NCBI GenBank assembly: GCA_023378865.1
Contig: JAMCSP010000013.1
Location: 11,794 to 67,055, forward strand
DNA length: 55,262 bases
Source: Candidatus Parvarchaeota archaeon
GTDB taxonomy: Archaea; Nanobdellota; Nanobdellia; Parvarchaeales; Parvarchaeaceae
Direction of reading: 5' to 3'
Part shown: positions 1 through 8,661 of the stretch, in pieces
Layout of the letters: every line of letters begins with the position of its first letter
How positions within the stretch are numbered: position 1 is the stretch's first letter
Position numbers and translations under genes: made by a program
Notes under the pieces: generated by a model
Database searches by the model: none
What the model was told of the DNA's origin: nothing
What the model saw: only the letters and a program-made list of their open reading frames with translations

Positions 1-100
1 TCTTGGGGCAAAGTTAAGCCGGAAGCAAAACAGATAACTGTAGAAGGTGATGTTACAATACTGCTTCCATTATTGTATTCTTCTTTTTTGGGGTGAAAAC

Positions 101-385
101 ATGAAAATATCGGAATTAAGGGACGGAATGAGTGATGTGGATTTGTCAGCTGAACTAACGGAGATAGGCGAAGCAAGAGAAGTGATGACTAAATTCGGCA
201 GTAATAAAGTCGCTACAGCAAAGATAAAGGATGATAGTGGGGAGTGTAAGCTTTCTCTGTGGGGCAAGCAAATTGAAATGTTTTCCGTTGGAGATACCGT
301 AGAGATAAGCAAAGGCTACGTTAAATCATTTAGAGATGAGCTGCAGGTCAACGTAGGCAAGGCGGGCTCTATAAGAAAGCTATGA
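101..385 (+). CDS. Small OB-fold ssDNA-binding protein (RPA/SSB-like)
   Basis: The ORF track starts at a GTG at 47. The ATG at 101 is preceded by GGGGTGA (Shine-Dalgarno-like) 4 nt upstream. The translation has the OB-fold pattern 'KIKDDSGECKLSLWGKQ...GDTVEISKGYVKSFRDELQVNVGKAGSI', typical of archaeal RPA-like OB domains. Confidence 0.6.
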   Translation: MKISELRDGMSDVDLSAELTEIGEAREVMTKFGSNKVATAKIKDDSGECKLSLWGKQIEMFSVGDTVEISKGYVKSFRDELQVNVGKAGSIRKL

Positions 386-386
386 T

Positions 387-1238
387 ATGCTTTATACTTA
401 TTTAGTATCCCTTTTTGTAATACTTGTTGGGTTTTCAGCATATCCACTAATAACAAAAAAGTACATAGGTGGCGTGGGCTACAGAAAATTTATACCCATA
501 TTTTTAGGGTTCTCTGCAATTGGTACCATTATAGTTCCGTTCATTGTATACAGAAATTTTTCTTTTGATTTAGCGTATCTTCCGCTGCTTGCACTTTTAG
601 GCGCTATGTACACTTTTGCAATGTATTTGATGCTTTATTCAGTAGAGCACTATAACATTTCTATAATCAATACAATTGTTGGATCCCAGCAGGTCCTTAT
701 CGCATTATTCAGCAGCGTCTTCTTTTTCATTTCTGACTTGAATTCAGTTATACTTCCGTTTTTAATTATAATGGCAGGCGTGGTCTTCCTTTTGTTTAAT
801 GCAAACGGGAAAACTAGGTTTTCTAGGTATGTGGTGTTTACGTTAATAGCGGTTTTGTTGTGGGTTTTTATGTGGGTGATTTTTTACACTATAAACACAA
901 ATCTCCCATTGCTTTACTATGCAATCCTCCAGTCATTTGCTTTCCTGTTTTGTTTACCCGTGGCGTTTTTCCAGAATAGGCATAAATCAATTAGTTATTA
1001 CATCTCTGAAAAAAAGTTCAAGTACATTGTATTGGCCGGGATACTGAATGGGGTAGCCACCGTTGTTTTCTCTTTTGCTTACAAATTTAATGCCGTTTTA
1101 ACTCCATTTGTGGCACAGCTTGGAATTCCAATAGTAATCATAGCATCCTTTTTGCTTTTAGGAGAAAGAGCGAAAAAGCTCGGGCTGATAGGCATAACTT
1201 TAATAACTATCGGATCGTTTCTTTACATCTTTATATAG
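387..1238 (+). CDS. EamA/DMT-family membrane transporter
   Basis: 283 aa with about 10 hydrophobic segments in two halves. The C-terminus 'LLLGERAKKLGLIGITLITIGSFLY' resembles the EamA repeat end. The ATG lies 1 nt after the upstream stop. Confidence 0.6.
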   Translation: MLYTYLVSLFVILVGFSAYPLITKKYIGGVGYRKFIPIFLGFSAIGTIIVPFIVYRNFSFDLAYLPLLALLGAMYTFAMYLMLYSVEHYNISIINTIVGSQQVLIALFSSVFFFISDLNSVILPFLIIMAGVVFLLFNANGKTRFSRYVVFTLIAVLLWVFMWVIFYTINTNLPLLYYAILQSFAFLFCLPVAFFQNRHKSISYYISEKKFKYIVLAGILNGVATVVFSFAYKFNAVLTPFVAQLGIPIVIIASFLLLGERAKKLGLIGITLITIGSFLYIFI

Positions 1239-1240
1239 TA

Positions 1241-2140
1241 CTAAGAAAGATTGTATTCTGTTTTAGCAATCTTTCTTGCAGTTAATGAATAATTATCGTT
1301 AAATTTGTTCATTTTTGCGTTTATATTTACTTGGTATAATCCGAATGAAATATCATTGAGTTTTTCTTTTATGTCTTGGCTCTGTGAAAGCTTCAAAAGA
1401 GAATCCGCCTGCTTGTCAAAGAATGTTATACTCGAACTGTAGATACCGTCATCCAATATCCCTCTTACCCGCAAAGTTTTTGATAATGCCTTGTCTTTGT
1501 GAATATCACATTCAATGTCTACCTTCTTTTTGCATATATTGCATTTTATAAGGTAGATATCATCCGAGAAAAGCCTTGTTATAAATCCATTGATGTCTGC
1601 TGTTTCTCCATCCTTTATGTCCCTTATTTTCTTATACTCTGTTTTTGTTTCCTCTTTCCTTTGTGTAGCAGTTGAATTTACAGATATTGCGCTTCCGCTT
1701 CCAAGGTTCAATTCTACGATTCCATTAAATGGATTTTCTTTTGAGTAAGCGTTTGCTATTGATATGTTCTCTCCGTCCTGGCTGTTCATTATTTTATCGA
1801 TATAATTTTCATTCCAAGTGACTACTGGCATTTCACCAGTTTCGTCCTCCACAATAAAATTCATCACTCTTGCTTCTCTTCCCTTTACCGTAACCGTTCT
1901 TGGTGGAAACTTCCTCTTTATCTTTGCGGATAAGTTTACGTGGTTTATTCTTTGGTTTATCTCTTTTATCTTGTAATCCCTTTTAATCGGTATAATACCA
2001 TTTTCGGTTGCCAGCATTCTTAATATCGCATCCTCGGTTAACTCAGGAAACTGCTTTTTCCTTTGTATTATAATATCAAGTATTTCTTCCTTAGACTTAT
2101 TGCTTTTTTCTGTTATCTTATCAATTATCCACTCTTCCAT
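1241..2140 (-). CDS. Replication protein A-like ssDNA-binding protein (OB fold plus zinc ribbon)
   Basis: OB pattern 'ARVMNFIVEDETGEMPVVTWNE' followed by the Cys/His cluster 'CNICKKKVDIECDIHKD'. Its start overlaps the stop of the upstream PGM/PMM gene at 2140. Confidence 0.6.
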   Translation of the reverse strand: MEEWIIDKITEKSNKSKEEILDIIIQRKKQFPELTEDAILRMLATENGIIPIKRDYKIKEINQRINHVNLSAKIKRKFPPRTVTVKGREARVMNFIVEDETGEMPVVTWNENYIDKIMNSQDGENISIANAYSKENPFNGIVELNLGSGSAISVNSTATQRKEETKTEYKKIRDIKDGETADINGFITRLFSDDIYLIKCNICKKKVDIECDIHKDKALSKTLRVRGILDDGIYSSSITFFDKQADSLLKLSQSQDIKEKLNDISFGLYQVNINAKMNKFNDNYSLTARKIAKTEYNLS

Positions 2141-3411
2141 TATTTTATAATTGAATTTACAATATCCTTTATTTTCCCGTAAGCCTCTTCATCCTTTCCT
2201 TCATAATAAACTCTTAGTATTGGTTCGGTATTAGATTTTCTGAACAGCATAAATCCTTGCTCGTTTATCACCTTTATTCCGTCTATTCTTTCAATCTTTC
2301 CGTATTTAACCGCTTCTTTTTCTATTTTATTCATTTTAGCAGTTCTTTTTGATTCATTTTCAAAGGGAATAGATATTGAATTGAAGTATACTGTTGGAAA
2401 TTCATTAACAAGCTGGCTTAGTTTCTTTTTAGTCTTATTTAGAATATTGGCTAGCAGTATACCTCCCAGCAACCCATCTGAAAAAGGAAAATACCTTGCA
2501 AAATAGTAATGCGAAGCAGTCTCTACGCCCAAGTCGAATTTTTTGTTTACAAGTCTTTTTTCTAGGTTTGGCCTGCCAACCTTTGAGTAAGTGATTTGCT
2601 GCCATTCCTCGAGATGCAAGGAGCAAGATACCGTAGCTATAACTTTCTTAAGTTTTAGATATTTTATAAATATCATTGTTATAACCATGGGATCTACAAA
2701 TTTACCGGTTTCATCCACAAAAGCGACTCTGTCACCGTCGCCATCAAATTGCATTCCTAAATCCAGGCTGTTTTCCTTAACCATTTTACCCAATCCAATT
2801 GCATTTTCTTTTGTCGGCTCAGGGGCTTTGCCATAAAAATTGCTATCTGGCTTAGCATGCAACAGTTTTACCCTGCAGTTAAGTCTTTCAAAAATATCCG
2901 GCGCTATACTTGTTGTTGAACCGCCCATACTGTCTATTCCCACATTTATATTGAGTTTTCCGATTCCTTTTGTTATGTAAGAGATATACTTCTCATAATA
3001 ATCCTCTTCTACTAAATTACCTATTTTTTCTGTGAATTTACCTTTGTCATATACTTTTTTTATTTTTTCAGGTGTTACTGTAACTCCTTTATTATAGGGT
3101 AACAATCCGGTATATTTTGCAGGGTTATGAGATGCCGTTATGCATAGCCCGTTTGTTTTTTCAACGAATGAAGCAAATACGGGTATCATTATAGGGCCTA
3201 ATCCCAAATCTATAACGTCTTTCCCGCTTTCCACCAGCCCTTTTTTAACATAATCCCTTATTGCCAAACTTCCCACCCTATTGTCGTATCCTAGAAATAT
3301 TTTCTTGCCAGTTAAAGAAGTTGCTATGGCCCTGCTTATCTTGTATGCCTTTTCTTCATTTATTTCCTGAGGGTATAATCCACGTATATCGTATTCTTTG
3401 AATATTTCCAT
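2140..3411 (-). CDS. Phosphoglucomutase/phosphomannomutase family protein
   Basis: Active-site serine loop 'TASHNP' and metal-binding loop 'FDGDGDRVAF'. Length is 423 aa. Confidence 0.9.
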   Translation of the reverse strand: MEIFKEYDIRGLYPQEINEEKAYKISRAIATSLTGKKIFLGYDNRVGSLAIRDYVKKGLVESGKDVIDLGLGPIMIPVFASFVEKTNGLCITASHNPAKYTGLLPYNKGVTVTPEKIKKVYDKGKFTEKIGNLVEEDYYEKYISYITKGIGKLNINVGIDSMGGSTTSIAPDIFERLNCRVKLLHAKPDSNFYGKAPEPTKENAIGLGKMVKENSLDLGMQFDGDGDRVAFVDETGKFVDPMVITMIFIKYLKLKKVIATVSCSLHLEEWQQITYSKVGRPNLEKRLVNKKFDLGVETASHYYFARYFPFSDGLLGGILLANILNKTKKKLSQLVNEFPTVYFNSISIPFENESKRTAKMNKIEKEAVKYGKIERIDGIKVINEQGFMLFRKSNTEPILRVYYEGKDEEAYGKIKDIVNSIIK

Positions 3412-3451
3412 AAATTAGTATTGTTTCTGATACTATAAAACAATTAATTAA

Positions 3452-4474
3452 TTATTCATTAACTATTTTACCAACGGCAATCTTTAGTTGGTTTATGCTT
3501 TCTTCCTTTTCTTCATCAAGGTCGTTAAAGAATGGCAATTTTGCGAGTATTGGAAGGTCAAGCTTAGCATCTTTTCTACCTATTTCATTCTTTTCTCCGC
3601 AGTGTTTGCATACAAAATAGCTCATGTTTTCTATAACTCCCAAAACGGGTATGTTCAGGCTTTTGGCAACCACTATCGTTTTCTTTCCTATCAAGTTGGA
3701 AAGTTCCTGCGGAGTCGTAACTACCACTGTTCCGTCAACAGGTATTGACTGAAAGACGGTTATGGGCGCATCGCTAGTTCCAGGAGGCAAATCCAAGAAA
3801 AGTATGTCCAAATTGCCCCAATTAGTGTCATTGTACATCTGCTTTATTGCGCTTGAAACCAAAGGGCCCCGCCATATTATTGCTGCTACGTCTGTCAGCA
3901 TGTCAACGGCCATTATTTCTAGGATAGAACATATTGCGGGGATTATCTTTCCGTCTTTATCGGCATATGTCATTCCCTTTAAATTGAACAAAGAAGTTAT
4001 TGAAGGGCCGGAGATATCGCAATCCAGTATTCCAGTTTTATAATTCATCGAGTTTGCGGTTTCAGCAAGAAGCTTTACAACAGTACTTTTTCCAACTCCA
4101 CCCTTTGCAGAGTAAACTGCTATTATTTTCCTTATGCTTTTTTTCTCATATCTTTCTATGCTCTGAGGCATTTGTATCTGTTCTCTTCTTACAACATCTT
4201 TTATATCTTCTAACTCTTTCTTGGACATGAATCCGAAGTTTACTTCTACATCATTGTATCCCTTTTCTTCGAGTGTCTTTTTAATGTCCTTTTCTATGGT
4301 TGACGACAATGGGCAACCCGGCACGGTTAATTTTATGTTTATCTTTATCTTTCCATTGTCTTCCTCAACGGAGTCTACCATTCTAAGCTTAACTATGCTT
4401 ATCCCTATCTCCGGGTCTTTTATAGGTTCAATTGCGTCAATTATACCTTTGAGTCTGTCGCCTTCTAATTTCAT
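3452..4474 (-). CDS. Mrp/NBP35 (ApbC) family Fe-S cluster carrier ATPase with N-terminal DUF59-like domain
   Basis: N-terminal 'IKDPEIGISIVKLRMV' (DUF59-like), deviant Walker A 'SAKGGVGKST', and C-terminal 'CKHCGE' CxxC. Confidence 0.85.
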   Translation of the reverse strand: MKLEGDRLKGIIDAIEPIKDPEIGISIVKLRMVDSVEEDNGKIKINIKLTVPGCPLSSTIEKDIKKTLEEKGYNDVEVNFGFMSKKELEDIKDVVRREQIQMPQSIERYEKKSIRKIIAVYSAKGGVGKSTVVKLLAETANSMNYKTGILDCDISGPSITSLFNLKGMTYADKDGKIIPAICSILEIMAVDMLTDVAAIIWRGPLVSSAIKQMYNDTNWGNLDILFLDLPPGTSDAPITVFQSIPVDGTVVVTTPQELSNLIGKKTIVVAKSLNIPVLGVIENMSYFVCKHCGEKNEIGRKDAKLDLPILAKLPFFNDLDEEKEESINQLKIAVGKIVNE

Positions 4475-4493
4475 ATTTTACCAGCAAAACGGC

Positions 4494-5531
4494 CTATTTT
4501 TTCTTTTCTTCGTCTATATCCATTATTCCGTTGGATGTAATCTCAAAAGAAGCTTCTCCTTCCGGTAAACTTGGTGAATCTACGAGTTTTCCAACCCTTG
4601 AACCTTTCTTTCCCTTTCTTAAGTATATTCTGTAAGTGGCTACATGCCCTATTATATGTCCGCCAACTGCTGCCGTTGGGTCTCCAAACATTACATCCGG
4701 CCTAGCCATTACCTGGTTTGTTATATAAACTGCTACGTTAAAGCGGTCTGCCAATCTTTGAAGGTTGTGTAAAACGACATTTACTTTCTGTTGTCTGTCT
4801 GCAAGTGTCCCTCTTCCCACATATTCCGCACGGAACAGGGCCATCATGCTGTCTACCACTATCAATCTTATCTTAGGATCTGCATTTATCAATTCAGGTA
4901 TTTTGTCTACCAAAAGAACCTGGTGGTCAGAAGAATAAGCCCTTCCTATCTTTATGTTTTGCAAAGCCTGTTTAGGGTCAAGGCCTTTTACTGCTGCCAA
5001 TTGTTCAATTCTTGAAGGCCTGAATGTTCCTTCTGTGTCAATCCATATTGCATGGCCTTCTAATCCTCCTTTATCCAGCGGTAATTGTACATCTACTGAC
5101 AGTTGGAAGGCAATCTGGCTTTTACCAGAGCCGTATTCACCGTAGCATTCGGTTATGGACTGAGTTTCTACTCCTCCGCCCAGTAAAATATTAAGGGCCT
5201 CACTACCGGTAGATATTCTTTGTACGCTTTTTCTCTTGTCTTCAAACTCCAATCCGGACATGAAGTTCATTTTCGAGGCTTCTCTTGCTTCGGCCACGAT
5301 TTTTCTAGCTGTTGGTTCCCCTATTCCACAGGCCTCTACTAGAACCAACGGATTTGCTGTTGCAAGCGCTATTATGTCTTGATAGCCAGCATTTCTTATC
5401 TTTGAAGCTATAGTACTGCCAACTCCTGGCAAATCCTTTATATCCTTGTATTCGAAGTCAGAATTCATCTCTTCTGTAGTTTCTTCATTAACATTTTCTT
5501 CTTCAGTGTGTTCAATTTCATCTTCTTCCAT
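4494..5531 (-). CDS. radA: DNA repair and recombination protein RadA
   Basis: HhH 'LPGVGSTIASKI', Walker A 'GEYGSGKSQ', Walker B 'LIVVDS', and typical RadA length. Carries an acidic N-terminal extension of about 30 aa. Confidence 0.92.
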   Translation of the reverse strand: MEEDEIEHTEEENVNEETTEEMNSDFEYKDIKDLPGVGSTIASKIRNAGYQDIIALATANPLVLVEACGIGEPTARKIVAEAREASKMNFMSGLEFEDKRKSVQRISTGSEALNILLGGGVETQSITECYGEYGSGKSQIAFQLSVDVQLPLDKGGLEGHAIWIDTEGTFRPSRIEQLAAVKGLDPKQALQNIKIGRAYSSDHQVLLVDKIPELINADPKIRLIVVDSMMALFRAEYVGRGTLADRQQKVNVVLHNLQRLADRFNVAVYITNQVMARPDVMFGDPTAAVGGHIIGHVATYRIYLRKGKKGSRVGKLVDSPSLPEGEASFEITSNGIMDIDEEKKK

Positions 5532-5538
5532 TTTTACC

Positions 5539-5787
5539 TCACTTTACCTTGTTCAATACTATTGTAGTGTCGGTTCTACCTACACCCTTCTCCTTTCTTA
5601 GCTGTGAAACAACAAAGTTCGAAAGCTCTTCTATATTGCTGTATTTTAATCTTATTAATAAATCCCACTGTCCGCTTATTAACATTACTTCGGTTACCTT
5701 TTCATCACCGCTGACGGCCTTAGCTATCTCTATTGCCGAAGATCCTTGTGAAACTTCAACGAATATAAGAGCTTCCATCTGTTCCAT
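5539..5787 (-). CDS. Stand-alone Lrp/AsnC ligand-binding (RAM) domain protein
   Basis: 82 aa with no HTH. 'VTEVMLISGQWDLLIRLKYSNIEELSNFV' matches the RAM-domain pattern 'V.e...vtG.yDl...v...d...l..fv'. Its stop lies 7 nt upstream of the radA start. Confidence 0.6.
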   Translation of the reverse strand: MEQMEALIFVEVSQGSSAIEIAKAVSGDEKVTEVMLISGQWDLLIRLKYSNIEELSNFVVSQLRKEKGVGRTDTTIVLNKVK

Positions 5788-5881
5788 ACCCCTTTAAAGT
5801 TCTACGTATATTTATAATTTTTATTTATAACCCGAGATAAATTAATAAGTACTTAAATACCGAATATACTAATTTATAATT

Positions 5882-6271
5882 ATGGAAAGAGCATACACTC
5901 GTTCATTATTAGAGGCGTATTTTTCATCTAAGGGCAATGAATGGAAGACAAAGAAGGGCAGTGTCGGCGAGTACATAAAATCTCTTGGTAAAGATGGTTT
6001 AGTTGCAGAGTTTAAGGCTGATCCAAATTTCAAGAATGTACAGTTATTTATGGATCACTTAAATGACGATATAACTGCAATAATAAAGGGAGACCTGCAG
6101 AATTTTATAAAACCGGAGGTTGAATTAAGTGATTATCTAACAGATACAGGTAATACTCTTATAAGTTCAATAGAAGAAGCTACAAAAGTGACTGTAGACC
6201 CAGGTATTAAAATGTTTTTAATAGCCTTGGTGCTTTTGAGTGCAATGCTCGGCGCTTATGGCCATCAATGA
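5882..6271 (+). CDS. Hypothetical tail-anchored protein
   Basis: 129 aa ORF with a single C-terminal hydrophobic segment 'MFLIALVLLSAMLGAYG'. AT-rich TATA-like sequences lie upstream. No recognisable motif. Confidence 0.45.
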   Translation: MERAYTRSLLEAYFSSKGNEWKTKKGSVGEYIKSLGKDGLVAEFKADPNFKNVQLFMDHLNDDITAIIKGDLQNFIKPEVELSDYLTDTGNTLISSIEEATKVTVDPGIKMFLIALVLLSAMLGAYGHQ

Positions 6272-6397
6272 TCTTCTTATTAGTAAAAACATTTGAGGTG
6301 TTTATTAAATATTCGTAATTACTGTTTTCAAGGCAATTAACTTTCTCTATATCAGAGAAAATACCGAAATTCAAATAGGTCTGAACCTAGTTATAAT

Positions 6398-6988
6398 CTA
6401 AAGTTTTCCTATGTCCTTGACGGTATCAACATCCATGGTTTTTACAGTATCACTTGATTTAGATACAGCTGGTACTATGCATATGTGGCCTGCAGCTTCC
6501 TTTGCATTGTATATTGCTTTAAGGCCCTTAAGCGCAAACATTATGTGGCCAACGTCTTTTCCAAGCGCATCGTTGAAAATTGAGTAGTACTGGAGTTTTC
6601 CATCAGGATCTATAATCACCATCCCTCTCCTAGCGCCGCCAGTTTCACTGTTTAAGAAACCATAATTAGTCATTATCTCCTTTTTCGGGTCCTCTATCAT
6701 AGGTATCTTGCTTTTACTTACTCTCGGAGAAGCCTGAACCCATCCCTTATGCGAAAACACTGTATCGGCACTTATAACAAAGACAGCAATGCCCTCACTT
6801 TCAAATTCACTGTATTTCTCCATCAATGCTTCAATGTCAGTAGCGCACACGAATGTAAAATCTCCTGGATAAAAAGTCAATAGAACCCACTTTCCGCGGT
6901 AGCTTTTTAAGTCAACCTGTTTTATTTCATCACTGTCTGGAAAATATGCCTTTTCCTTGAACTCAAATACTTCTTTTCCTATTTCCAT
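6398..6988 (-). CDS. Peroxiredoxin (AhpC/TSA family)
   Basis: PxxxTxxC motif present as 'PGDFTFVC'. Strong SD (GGAGGT) upstream of the ATG. Confidence 0.8.
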   Translation of the reverse strand: MEIGKEVFEFKEKAYFPDSDEIKQVDLKSYRGKWVLLTFYPGDFTFVCATDIEALMEKYSEFESEGIAVFVISADTVFSHKGWVQASPRVSKSKIPMIEDPKKEIMTNYGFLNSETGGARRGMVIIDPDGKLQYYSIFNDALGKDVGHIMFALKGLKAIYNAKEAAGHICIVPAVSKSSDTVKTMDVDTVKDIGKL

Positions 6989-7095
6989 ATTACCTCCTAG
7001 AATTATTATATGATTATATATACATTCATAGTTTAAATATTTTTGAAGAATAATCTATATAATTTGGCGTATTCGCTTTAGAGAAATTATTTATT

Positions 7096-7596
7096 ATGAA
7101 ATTAAACTATACTATAATGGGAAGACCAAGCTGGGATGAATATTTTACAGAAATAACAAAAAAAGTGGCAGAAAGATCAACCTGCGATAGAGGACATGCG
7201 GCTTGCGTTATTGTTAAGGAAAACAGAATTCTCGCTACTGGATACGCAGGTTCACCGAAGGGAATGCCGCATTGTGATGACATTGGGCATCTGCTTAGAA
7301 AGCAGTATGATAATGAAACAGGAGAGATAACAACACATTGTGTCAGAACAGTGCATGCAGAGCAGAATGCAATAACACAAGCAGCTAAGTTCGGCGTTTC
7401 CCTCGATGGTTCAACGGCTTATGTAACAATGGAGCCGTGCTTTACATGCGCAAAAATGCTTGTTCAAGTGGGCATTAAACGGGTTGTTGCATTTAAAAAA
7501 TACCATGATGATAAAGACACCGTTGATCTTTTCAGTAAATCTAGTATACCTTTAGAGGTAAAGGAAGACAAAGAAGAAGAATACTCAAATAAATAA
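7096..7596 (+). CDS. dCMP deaminase (ComEB-type cytidine/deoxycytidylate deaminase)
   Basis: Zinc motifs 'HAEQNA' and 'PCFTCAKM'. Confidence 0.85.
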   Translation: MKLNYTIMGRPSWDEYFTEITKKVAERSTCDRGHAACVIVKENRILATGYAGSPKGMPHCDDIGHLLRKQYDNETGEITTHCVRTVHAEQNAITQAAKFGVSLDGSTAYVTMEPCFTCAKMLVQVGIKRVVAFKKYHDDKDTVDLFSKSSIPLEVKEDKEEEYSNK

Positions 7597-7599
7597 ACG

Positions 7600-8616
7600 T
7601 TATTTATAAATAAGGCTACCGCGGTATCTCTCAGCATGCTTGTTTATTTTATGCTCCAATGTTTCATTGTGGTTTATTATATGCGTCACTGAAAAGCGCT
7701 TTGCAGTAAGTAAGTCTGCTATAAGCGAACGATGACAGTTCCATGGCAATATTTCTGCACACATTATTGCGGTTCTTTTTTTAATGGATAGTTCAATGAG
7801 CTTAGTGATCTCTTCTTTAAACTCCTTACTCTGCATGTAGTCGGCAAAACCATTGAAAGATTCATTTTTCCAAAATGTATTAATTGAATTTTTATCAGCT
7901 TTTCTCAGGCCACCCAAATCTTTGAAGTGTTTGTATTCAATTCCATTTTCATTTAAAACGGCTTTTAAATTGTCAGAGTTAAACTGCGGATTATGTCTAG
8001 ACTTTGGTATTGTTCTTATGTCTACAACTTCTTCAATGCCATATTCCTTCATAATATCTCTAAAATTAGTAATGTCTCTTGTGGAATGCCCAATTGTAAA
8101 TATTCTTTTTTCATTGGTTTTGTGTATGTTTTTTATACGTTCTATTCCATCAGTTTTTTTGATTACTTTCCAAGTTTCCGGAGGTAGCAGTTTTTCCACT
8201 TTTTTGTTCTCCGTAATTAATTTTCTTATTCTAGTTCCTGAGAATTTATTTTTTTGAAAACCGACTATAACCTTTACTTCTTTTTTGTTTTTCGTCAGAA
8301 TGTCATCTACTAGTTTATTTTTAGTGTAGCATGAATCAAAGTAACCAACAGTGTCTATCAAATTTTTAAACCATTCATTATTAGACTTCTTATCTTCTAC
8401 TCCGAAAATTAAAAAATTTTTGATGTTTTCTTTTTTCAAAGATCTCTCAATCATCTCCTTTCTCTCTTCAAAAGTGAACGGGTTTCTTTTTGTAAATGAG
8501 ACTTGTTTGCTTCCTATTGCTATTTTAATAGTATCGGCTTTTTTAGCTATTGAAAGTACAGTATTGAAGTGTCCTTTATGAAATGGCTGAAATCTGCCTA
8601 TAAATAATATATCCAT
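7600..8616 (-). CDS. Fusion protein: archaeal nicotinamide-nucleotide adenylyltransferase (N-terminal) plus DUF488 domain (C-terminal)
   Basis: The N-terminus 'GRFQPFHKGH' is the NadM/cytidylyltransferase signature. The C-terminal half 'IFTIGHSTR...VVDIRTIPKSR...AIMCAEILPWNCHRSLIA' matches the DUF488 pattern (IGHS ... CAE..P..CHR). Confidence 0.75.
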   Translation of the reverse strand: MDILFIGRFQPFHKGHFNTVLSIAKKADTIKIAIGSKQVSFTKRNPFTFEERKEMIERSLKKENIKNFLIFGVEDKKSNNEWFKNLIDTVGYFDSCYTKNKLVDDILTKNKKEVKVIVGFQKNKFSGTRIRKLITENKKVEKLLPPETWKVIKKTDGIERIKNIHKTNEKRIFTIGHSTRDITNFRDIMKEYGIEEVVDIRTIPKSRHNPQFNSDNLKAVLNENGIEYKHFKDLGGLRKADKNSINTFWKNESFNGFADYMQSKEFKEEITKLIELSIKKRTAIMCAEILPWNCHRSLIADLLTAKRFSVTHIINHNETLEHKINKHAERYRGSLIYK

Positions 8617-8661
8617 AAATTTATCTAGCCGTCTATTATTTAAGTGTTATACAGGGTTTAT

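Noticed and set aside
47-100. GTG-initiated 18-codon N-terminal extension of the small OB-fold gene
   Set aside because: The extension is hydrophobic with no recognisable feature. An ATG at 101 with a GGGGTGA SD 4 nt upstream gives a protein that starts where homologous OB proteins start.
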